64,000 nucleotides of DNA from Octopus sinensis (Eukaryota): the NCBI RefSeq assembly GCF_006345805.1, contig NC_043016.1:29512001-29576000 (forward strand), written 5' to 3'. This document shows, piece by piece, positions 12,308-24,100 of this stretch (positions are counted from its first letter, which is position 1; the number at the start of each line of letters is the position of its first letter). Under the pieces are notes generated by a model. That model had not been told where the DNA came from. It did no database searches and worked only from the letters and a program-made list of their open reading frames with translations. The translations under genes were made by a program, and so were the position numbers.

Positions 12308-15224
12308 TCTTTTCTACTCTAGGCACTCTAGGTACAAGGCCTGAAATTTTGGGGGAGGGGGCCAGTCAATTAGATCAACCTCAGCACACAACTGGTACTC
12401 AATTTATGACCCTGAAAGGATGAAAGACAAAGTCGACCTTGGTGGAAATTGAACTCAGAACGTAAAGACAGACGAGATACCGCTAAGCATTTCACCCAGT
12501 ATGCTAATGCTTCTGTCAACTCACCTTATATATATATGTGTATATATATGTGTGTGTGTGTATCTTGACAGCCCGTGTTGGCGTGTTTACATCCCAGTAA
12601 CTTAGCAGTTTGGTAATAGAGAGTGATAGAATAAGTACCAGACTTTAAAAGAAATAATTAGTACAGTGGTTGATTCATCATCATCATCATCATGGTTTAA
12701 CATCCGTTTTCCATGCTGGCATGCGTTGGATGGTTTGACTGAGGTCTGGAGAGCCAGAGGCTGTACCAGGCTCAAATATGATTTGGCAATGTTTCTACAG
12801 CTGGATGCCCTTCCTAACACCAACCACTCTGAGAGTGTAGTGGGTGCTTTTTGCATACCACCAACACAGGAGCCAGTCAGGTGGGCCTGGCATCGATCAC
12901 GTTTGGATAGTGCTTTTTATGTGCCACCGGCATGGGAGCCAGTCAGGGTAATGGCATTGGCCATGTTCAGTTGGTGCTTTTTATGTGCCACTGGTATGAG
13001 AGCTTGTCAGGGGCTACTGGCATTGATCACGCTCGAATGGTTGCTTTTTATGTGCCACCAGCACAGGAGCCAGTCAGGCGAACCTGGCATCAACCAGGTT
13101 CGGATGGTGCTTTTTACGTGCCATCGGCATGGGAGTCAGTTGGGGCACTGGCTACAGCTACAATGTTAGTTTTATTTGACTCAACAGGTCTTCTCAAGCA
13201 TGTCATATTGCATGATGCATCAGGGGTACTCTTAACTAGGCCGGATGTGTGTAGCTGAGATCTCACATTAGTTGTCGGGTCTTCTCAATCACAGCATATC
13301 TCCAAAGGTCTCAGTCTCCTGCCATTACCTCTGTGAGGCCCAATGTTCGAAGGTCATGTTTCACCACCTCATCCCATGTCTTCCTGGGTCTGCCTCTTCC
13401 ACAGGTTCCTTCCACAGTTAGGGAGTGACACTTCCTCACGCAGCTCTCCTCATCCATACGTAACACATGATCAGACCAGCGCAGTCATCTCTCTTGCACA
13501 CCACATTTGATGCTTCTTATGCCTAACTTATATCTCTGTTGTGTATGTGCACTGACATTACACATCCAGCGGATCATACTAATTTCAATTCTTTCAGCCT
13601 AGGCATGTCCTCAGCTGCTGTGTAGCATGGCAGTTTCCACACAAGCATCATACAGTCTACCTTTCATCCTGTGTGAGAGGCCCTTAGTTGCCAGCAGAGG
13701 TAGGAGCTCCCTGAACTTTGCCCAGGCTAACTTAAATGGAATAATGGTATGAATTAAGATAAGTTAAGGGGTAATGCATTTGATACCATACACAAATAAA
13801 GTTTTCCATTTTCTCCTAGTTGGAAGAAGAAAACAAAACCTGATTAAGAATTAAGGGAAAAGACAGTCACAACTCTGTTTTGAGGCAAGGGAGATAATTC
13901 TTGACATGTTTCAGTCTTTTAGACCTCATCAACATAGTGTAGCTTACCCATGTCCACCTTGTATAGAAAAAGCATCTAGAATAATTTTTGGCCAGTGTAA
14001 TTAATATTTTTCTTAGGCCATTTAATGTATTATTGTTGTTGTTATTATTATTACTATTATTATTGAAGACTGCCTGCTAGCAAAACCATTAGAGTACAGG
14101 ACAAAATGCTTAACCAACGAAGCGCTGGGATTTTCACTTACATAGCATGGACTGCTGAGCACATTTTATGAAAATGAGACTACCATGCACACATAAAAAA
14201 ACAAAAAAATAGTTAAAATATCTTCTTAGTATATAATGGTGGCAAGTTTTACATCATCTGGAAAGTCATTAGTTGAACTATTAGCCCTCTTGCATTCTGC
14301 AGGGTATTGGAGCGTTTGAGTGACATTAGATCCCCCAAAACGCCCATAAATTAAATGCATCTATCTGGGCCACGATTGTGGCCTATCAACCTGTGCCTAA
14401 CAGCCATGATCATGGCCCATCGCGTTTTATGTATTAATAGTATTTCTTCTGGTTTTACATTATGAATGCACTTAGGTTAATTTTGCCTTTCATCCTTTTG
14501 GGGTCGATAAAATGGGTAACAGTGGAGCACTGGGGTTGAAGTAATTGACTAGTTCCATCCCAAATTTCAAGTTTTCTGCTTATTATAGAAACAATTATCA
14601 TTATTATTATTATTGAGTGAGAGAGCAGTGCATGCCATCAACTTGACACTGGGGTAAAATATACGAAACCCAGTATACCAATCATAACTACCGTCTGATA
14701 AGGGTATTATTATTATTATCATTATTATTATTATTGAGTGAGAGAGCAGTGCATGCCATCAAAGTGACACTGGGGTAAAATATACGAAGCCCAATATACC
14801 CATCATGACTACCCGTCTGATAAGGGTACACCAGGCACATGCATCACAACCATATGTGCGCGACATGGTGATCTCAAATCAAGATAAACAGCACATGACC
14901 TTGCAGGTGGGGCCCAGTTAGAATTTTCTTCAGGTTGAGTAGCCCATCCCGCTCAAAAGGTCCCTGAATAAGGGTTGTTTAAGGATGTTGAAAGAACCAC
15001 CCATGTTTCCAGAGGTGAATTATTCAAACCCCAAAGAATCCCTCTCAACACATGGCTATGATGCTCCCCCACTATTATTATCATTATTATTATTATCATT
15101 ATTATTATTGTTATTATTATTATTATTATCATTATTATTATTATCATTATTATTATTATTATTATTATTATCATTATTATTATTATTATTATTATCATTA
15201 TTATTATTATCATTATTATTATTA

Positions 15225-15264
<40 letters not shown>

Positions 15265-15351
15265 CATTATTATTATTATTATTATCATTATTATTATTAT
15301 TATCATTATTATTATTATCATTATTATTATTATTTATTATTATTATTATTA

Positions 15352-15421
<70 letters not shown>

Positions 15422-15745
15422 CATTATTATTATCATTATTATTATTATCATTATTATTATTATTATATTATTATTATTTATTATTATTTATTATTATCAT
15501 TATTATTATTATTATCATTATTATTATCATTATTATTATTATCATTATTATTATTATTATTATTATTATCATTATTATTATTATTATTATCATTATTATT
15601 ATTATTATCATTATTATTATTATTATTATTATCATTATTATTATTATTATTATTATTATCATTATTATTATCATTATTATTATTATTATCATTATTATCA
15701 TTATTATTATTATTGTTATTATTATTATCATTATTGTTATTATTA

Positions 15746-15793
<48 letters not shown>

Positions 15794-16359
15794 GGCCTTG
15801 TACCTTTAGTAGAAAGGAATCATTAGTATGGCAGGCAAAATGCTTAGTGACATTTTGTCTCTCTCTATGTTCTGGGTTCAGATTCCACCAAGGTTGACTT
15901 TATCTTTCATCCTTTAGGGGTTAGTAAAATAAGTACAGCTGATCCCCAAAATTTCTGCCAAAATTTGAAATTATTATTATTATTCAGTAGTTTTATTTTT
16001 ATAGCCTGCTTTCACTTCACTACTGGGCGTAGCTCTGTGTGCCTTGGGTATGTGCTGTGGTTTGCTGTGATGCTTTTATGGTTACTGTATTGAAAGTGTT
16101 TTGTGTAGGATGTGTGCAGTGCCTAGTAGTCCAATTTTCTGTATGTTGTATATATTTGTAAGTCCTGATGTTTTTGTTATGTATTTAACTGAAATTTTTT
16201 TATCGTACCTAATGCACCTACTATGATAGGAATTGTTTCTGTTTTTAGATTCCACATTCTAGTTATCTCTATTTCCAGGTCTTTGTATTTTGAAAGTTTC
16301 TCTGTTTCTTTTAGAGAAACGTTGTCATCTGCTGGTATTGATACATCAATTAGAAAGCA

Positions 16360-16402
<43 letters not shown>

Positions 16403-16445
16403 TATTATTTATTATTATTATTTATTATTTATTTATTATTATTTA

Positions 16446-16510
<65 letters not shown>

Positions 16511-19500
16511 CCAGGTTGATAAAAAGCAATCTGGTGCATAATGGTAAACTGGAAGCTGAAGATTCCATTGAACTTAGTTTAACAAAAGAAATTGTTATTC
16601 TTGAGCAACACCTGTACCGTCCACCTCGTATCCACAATGACGACAAAATGAAAAGGCATCTTATTCAAAGAGTTTTGGATATTTGGTCAGATCCAGTGAC
16701 CAGAAGTGATGATTCTGATGTGTCATCAAATATAAGGATATGTCAAAGGTCAGGACCAGTAACTGGAGAACTTCTGCAGCCACATGCAGTGATAAGATTC
16801 AAAATTGTAAGTTATATTGTACAAGTTTTATTTATATATCTTTCTGTTGTTTCCTCGGTGTTTTTCTCTCTCTCTTACTGTGACTCTTCCTATCTCTGTC
16901 TGTCTCTTTTTATCTCTCTTTCTTTCTTCTTATTTCTCTCTCTGTCTCCTCTTATCTCTCCTTGTTGTTTCCTAGCTTTCTCTCTGTCTCTTCATATTTT
17001 CCTCTTTCTATCTCTTGTGTTAGGAAAGGCATCCAGCCATGAAAAAAACATGCCAAAACAGACACTGGAGCCTGGTGCAGTCTTCTGCCTAGCCAGCTCC
17101 TATCAAACCATCCAATCCATGCCAGCATGGAAAGCGGATGTTAAATGATGATGATGGTGTCTGTATATATGTGTGTGTGTGTATATGTGCTTGTGTGTGT
17201 ATGTGTGTGTATATGGATGTATGGATGGATGCATGGATGCATGCATGCATCTGCCTGTATGTATGTAATGTGAGTATGTATGTCTGTCTGTATGTACATA
17301 TGTATGTGCATGCATGTATGTATGTATGTATTCATTCAGTTTCCGCTCACAAAATTTACCTGCAAGGCTATGGTCAGCCTGGGTCTATATTAGAAGACAC
17401 TCTCCCAAGCTGCTAAGCAGCAAGACTGAACCCGAGGCCACATGGTTGGGAAGCAAGCTTCTTAACTACACAACTATGTGTACATGTTACACAGCCATGA
17501 GTACATGTATGTATGAATATATATATATATATATATGCAATCAGCTGCATTTATACTATTTGATGTCATTTAATCAGATAGCTCTGTGTCATCAAATCTC
17601 CTTCTTATATGCCATTTGATTTGTACTGCACAACCTTCAAACATTCGGCCTCACCAAGGCAACGACAAGTGACTGAGACCTTTGGAGATATGCTGTGCTT
17701 GAGAAGTCCTGGCAAGCCAATTGAGATCGTAACCGTGGCCCATGCCAGTACAGCATAACCAGCCCATTTAAGAGTACCTTTCATTCATTGGGCAATAAAC
17801 TGTGCTTGTGAAGACCTGTTGAGGCAAGTGAAATTGTTGTCGTGGCTGATTTTATTTTACATTATCGTCAATATTTTTGACCACGCTAATGTAAATTATC
17901 TCCCTTAGAAATTTTAACGGGACATGATGTCAATACTTGTTCATCAATCATACTATATATTTACACATACTTATATATACTATATATACTGTATTTTCTA
18001 TATATATAGTATAAACTATATATACTATCATACTTATTTAAATACTATAGATAATTTTTATTGCTTAACTCTTTAGCATTCTGATTACCCTCTCAAATGC
18101 TATACTTATTTATTCACATTGTTTTGAATTAATCATAAGTTATCTCATAGTTTTAAAATGTCAATGATTTGATTGCTTATTTTTTAGAATGACATAGTAA
18201 GGTAGGCGTGTGAAACCAAATTTGGCTGGTATCAACATAAAACAGGCAGAACATTTGGGTTTAATTGCTAAAGAGGTTAGCCCTTTAGCATTTAAACTGG
18301 CCACATCCAACCCAGATATTATATTTGTTTTATGTTCAAACCAGTTAGATCTGACTGCTTACACTTACCCTATAGTATCATGCTAAAACTACACAATCAC
18401 ATCATTGAAATCTCAAAGTTATGTGTTAATGCAGGATCAGTTAAAAAAAATGTGAATGAATAAGCATTACATTTGACAATGATTGAATATTTAAAGATTA
18501 GCAATAACAGGAAATTAATTTTGTGAATGTAAACATTGCATAAACCCTCTTTTAAGTGCTTTTTGAAATCGTTGAGTTCAGTGTGGTAAATGTCATGTTT
18601 CTGTCTGCCTTCAGTATGCCACAAACTTTCCAACAGAGTGGGAAATATGTCCAGTCATAGAAACACAAACGTTTCTATGGCTGGATGTCCTTCCTAACAC
18701 CAACCACTTTACAGAATGTGGTGGTTGCTTTTCTTTCTTATTTATTTACTGCCCACAAGGGGTTACATGCAGAGGGAACAAACAAGGACAGACAAACAGA
18801 TTAAGTCGATTATATTGACCCCAGTGCATAACTGGTACTTATTTAATTGACGCTGAAAGGATGAAAGGCAAAGTTGACCTCAGCAGAATTTGAACTCAGA
18901 ACATAGTGGCAGACGAAACACCGCTAAGCATTTTGCTTGGTGTGCTAACGTTTCTGCCAGCTCACTGCCTTTTCTTTCTTGTAGCACCAGAACTCTAGCA
19001 GTAAAATATTTCTTCAAATATAACTCTATATAATCAATGCTAGCATGGATAAGAAAAAAAAAGACATTAAACAAATGGCAAACTTTGTGGTTTTTATTCT
19101 AAGATTTTATCTTCATGTTTTATTACTGAAAGTTTACAAACTAAACCAGAAAAAAAAAAAAAGAAGTTAAAATGAAAAAAAAAACAAGAAAAAGCAGACA
19201 ATATATCCAAAATAATGACAATTATTTTCTACTGCAGCCTGTAAATAACGTTGGAAAATGTAATGGTGATGAGACAGTGTCTTCAGAAATGAAATTTTTC
19301 CCCAGAAGTGACAAATGTAATGGAGATCACAAATGTAATGGAGATAACAATGTCAATAATAGCAAAGATGTGGAAGAAACGTTGCAGAGACTTATGAACA
19401 AGATGAGAATTGATGACATTATCTTAGACCATCTGTATGTTGAAGGAATCGAGATGACCGTGGCCGATCTTATGTTGTTTGTCTTCACTTATCATTTCAT

Positions 19501-21022
19501 TGTAAGTAATGACTACTCTGTCTGGTATTTTATCTTTCCCTGTGATCTTTACTTTGTTTATCAAACTGTGGTTCATCACCATCAACCTGTTGAGGGTTTT
19601 TTTTTTTTTATAGTGCACTACTCTTTCTCTCCCTCTCTCTTCCTCTCCCCACTTCCTGTTTCTCTCTCAACATCCTCTGATTTATTTACAGAAGAAAAGG
19701 AAAACTGTATCATTACCATCATCGTCGTTGTCAACATTATCATCATCATCAACATCATCACAATCATCACCATCTTAATTCTTTTCTACTCTAGGCACAA
19801 GGCCTGAAATTTTTGGGGAAGTGTGGGCTAGTAAATTAGACACCCCCACCCATATGCAACTGGTACTTAATTTATCGACCCTGAAAGGATGAAAGGCAAA
19901 GTCGACCTTGGCGGAATTTGAACTCAGAACGTAAAGACAGACTCGCCTGGCGTACTAATGCTTCTGCCAGCTCATTGCCTTAATCACCATCTTAATTGTC
20001 ATAATCACTGCCCTCATCATCATCATAATTGCCATAGCCACCAACACTGCCATCACTATCACCACGTGATTAAATTAGATTACTAAATTTTTTGCTGTTT
20101 TCACAATTAAATAGAGTGAAAATAGTAAATGTCAACAGAAATACGGTACCAAAACACAGGTACCTTGGTTGCCTTGGTTACCTTGGTAGACCTGTGTTTC
20201 TCAAGCATTTTTTTTGCCTGTGGACCCCTTTAATTCCTCTTTTACTCAGATGGACCTGCCCTGTCATTTGATGTTTAAAATATTTCAGCGAGGTCGTTGC
20301 CAGTGCCGCTGGACTGGTTCCTGTGCAAGTATTACGCAAAAAAACACCATTTGAGCATGGCCGTTGCCAGTACCACCTGACTGGTCCCTATGCCAGTGGC
20401 ACGTAAAAGCACCCACTACACCCTCGGAGTGGTTGGCATTAGGAAGGGCATCAAGCTATAGAAACTCTGCCAGATCAAGATTGGAGTCTGGTGCAGCCAT
20501 CTAGTTTGTCAGCCCTCAGTCAAACCGTCCAACCCATGCTAGCATGGAAAGCGGACGTTAAACGATGATGATGATGATGTTGATAATGATTATATTTCTA
20601 TAATCAAATATTAAGAATTGTATAAAAACAATTATTAAAATATTTTGTTTAATGTAGAAGTATAACCATATGGATTCTGGTTGGGAACCACTAATGTACA
20701 CCATTCTTTTGCAAGCTTTTGAGTCAGTACTCTGGTTTAATGATACTTCCTTCCCTTATTCTCACCAGTCTTGGAGACCCTCTCAGTGGTTATGGACTCT
20801 GCCTTCTCTCTTTACTAAAAGATAAAAAAACAAAACAGCATCAATAAATAAAGTGCACATAATATACATTATTTACATTCGACGGATATTTGTCCTCATC
20901 TTGTTTGTTTTTAACACAACGTTTCGGCTGATATACCCTCCAGCATTCATCAGGTGTCTTGGGGAAATTTCGAACCTGGGTTCTCATTCCTGAGGTATTT
21001 TTCAATGATGTTGTTATTATTA

Positions 21023-21054
<32 letters not shown>

Positions 21055-21092
21055 GATTATTATTATTATTATGATTATTATTATTATTATTA

Positions 21093-21126
<34 letters not shown>

Positions 21127-24100
21127 CATTATTATTATTATTATATTATTATTATTATTATTATTATTATCATATTATTATTATTATTATTATGGTCACT
21201 GCCTGGAATCGAACTTGGAATCTTGGGGTTGGTAGCCCACGCTCTTAACCACTGCGCCATACACTCACGGGCATATGGCATAGTGGTTATACCTCTGTAC
21301 CAAACACATTTTTAACCTTGTGCCATCCTAAAAAAATTTTTTTTATTTTGAAGATTTACTTGGTAAACAAGTGATTCTTGTCTGGTAAGTTTGTCATCAA
21401 TTCCCTGCAGGGAAAGTTCACTGTCATCAGTTCACCACAGGGTCTCCATTACTTGTGTTTTTTTTTTAATAAAATAGTTTTTAGATATTAATGGTGAGAT
21501 ATATTTTCTTCGCGAACTTCCCCCTCAGTGAACTTTACTTGTGGTGATCTTTCCTTGCAGTGAACTTTGCCTGTGATGAACTTTCTTTGCAGTAAACTTT
21601 CTTCACAGTGAACTTTCCTTGCAGTGAACTTTCCTTGCAGTGAACTTTCCTTGTGGTAAACTTTCTTCTCAGTGAACCTTTTCCTTGAAGTGAAATTTCT
21701 GCTCAGTGAACTTTTCACATGGTGAACTTTCCTCATCATGAACTTTCTTCGCGGTGAACTTTCTTTGCAGTGAACCTTCTTCTCGGTGAACTTACCTCTT
21801 GGTGAATTCTCCTCTTGAACTTTCATTGTGGTGAACTTTCCTTGTGGTGAGCTTTGTTCATGGTGAACTTTCCTCTTAATGAACTTTCATTGCAGTGAAC
21901 TTTTGTTGTGGTAAACTTTCCTCATGGTGAACTTGCTTCATGGTGAATTGATTGCAGTGAACTTACCAAGTGATTTTCCCTGAGACATTGAATCTAAAAC
22001 GATTACAAATAGTAATTACATTGCATGGCATTTAAAATTGGAACATAAATATTGCCAAGGTTTATTTTCTGATGCTCTACCAATCCTTCCATCACCTTCA
22101 CAGCATTAATTATACTAATATTTTCTTTTATCTCCAGGAATCTATTGACTTTCAGTTTAATTCACTTAAAATCTACTTGCCTAAGTTGTGTGCCTGGTTC
22201 CAAAATATGACCAAAATGCCAAAACTAAAAGTAGCAGCACTTCAGTATGGTTGCTGTCTTGAAATTTTCAATCAACATTTTGAATTTCCAAATATTTACA
22301 TTTACAAATTCATTTTACCCGAAGTTCTTCAAAAGGACACTGATGAAGATGAAAATGAAGAGGAATCAGAACTGCAGTAAGTACACCCTTTCTGGTGTTC
22401 TTTAGGAAAATATGTTTCTGTATTTTTGGTGGTGAATTTGCAGAATTGTTAGGGTGTCGAATAATATGAAGCTTAAGGTCCTTTATGTTATGAGTTTGAA
22501 TCCTACAAAGTGAGGTTATAGGGTCTTACTTCGGTTGAAAGTAAACATGATAAATTTTGTCCTATTGTTATATATGATTGTTATATATGATTTTTAATCC
22601 TTGAAGTAGTCGGAGAAGGACATAAAATAAAGAACCAGCCAAGTACTGAAGCTGACTCTCCTGTTGATGGATGATACCTTTAATGACCAAAATGGTCAAC
22701 TGTTTCTATTTAAAATAGTGCATGGGATGAAGCAATAGTAACAACAACAACAATAATAATAATAATCCTTTCTACTATAGGCACAAGGCCTGAAATTTTG
22801 GGGGAGGAAGATAAGTCAGTTACATCGACCTTAGTGCATAACTGGTACTTATTTCATTGACCTTGAAAAGATGAAAGGCTAAGTTGATCTTGGTGGAATT
22901 TGAATTCAGAACATAAAAGACGGCTGAAATGCTGCTAAGCAGTTTGTCCAGCATGCTAATGATTCTGCCAGCTCACTGCCTTAATAATAATAATAATAGT
23001 AGTAGTAGTAGTAGTAGCAGTAGCAGTAGTAGTAGTTGTAGTAGTAGTAGTAGTAGCAGCAGCAGCAGCAGTGGCAATAATCCTTTCTATTATAGGGCAC
23101 AAGGCCTGAAATTTGGGGGAGGGAGCTAGTCGATTATATTGATCCCAGTGTGTAACTGGTCCTTAATTTATCGACCCCCCAAATGAATGAAAAGCAAAGT
23201 CAACCTTGACAGTATTTGAACTCAGAATGTAGCGGCAGACAAATTACTGCTAAGCATTTCTCCCGGTGTGCTAACGATTCTGCCAGCTTGCTGCCTTAAT
23301 AACAATGATAATGATGATGACGACGATGACAATGACGATGATCCTTTCTGTTATAGGCCACAAGGCCTGAAATTTGGGTGGAGGGGACTAGTTGATTACA
23401 TCGATCCCAGTATGTAGCTAGTACTTAATTTATTGACTCCGAAAGGATGAAAGGCAAAGTTGACCTCAGTGGAATTTGAACTCAGAATGCAGTGATGGAC
23501 AAAATACTGCTAAGTGTTTCATCTAGCGTGCTAATGATTCTGCCAGCTTGCCTCCTTAATAGTGATAATAAGGATGATGATAATGATGATAACGAGGACA
23601 ATGACGACTGTGATGGCATGTCCTGTGATTTGATGGTTGGTTAACATTGGAGGAGCTACTATGTGGATATCAGCCTGCTAAAAATAAAGCCAAATCCTCC
23701 TCAAGCCACACTTGATCACCTTAAAAAAAAATGGAAGGGAAACATTGAAGAGTGCAACCTCTTGTATGCAAAAAAAAAAGGGGACAAATCTAACTTGAAC
23801 AGTTTTAGTATGTTGATGATTATCCTAACATGTTGCCAAAATTATCCCAATATGTTGCTAATTGTATCAACATGTCATTGACCACCTTAAAGCATTGCTA
23901 ATTATCTCAGCATGTATTTGATTATCTTAACATGTTGCTAATTGTCTTAATACATTGATTATCTTAGTATGCTAATGATTATATATTAATGTGTTTCTAA
24001 TTATTTTAATATGCTTGCTCATTATCCTAACATCAAAATCAAATCAAATTCGCAAATTTGACGACTGGCACTCATGCCAGTGGAGTGCTAAGAGCACCAT

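Noticed and set aside
13895-13940. Hammerhead UUGAUGA GGUCU..AGACU GAAAC-AU-GUC on the minus strand
   Set aside because: Stems II and III are plausible but stem I does not pair and C3U is uncompensated; counted only as a weak remnant.
14953-15897. Long ORFs of poly-I/L/Y/N (and similar HT, YI, CV, HPSI ORFs across the window)
   Set aside because: Translations of microsatellites; no coding signal.
21194-21261. Functional tRNA gene (also the SINE heads)
   Set aside because: A and B boxes are present but there is no proper acceptor stem or complete cloverleaf.
21488-21826. 112-aa basic ORF with KVH/KFT repeats
   Set aside because: Translation of the ~20-bp minisatellite.
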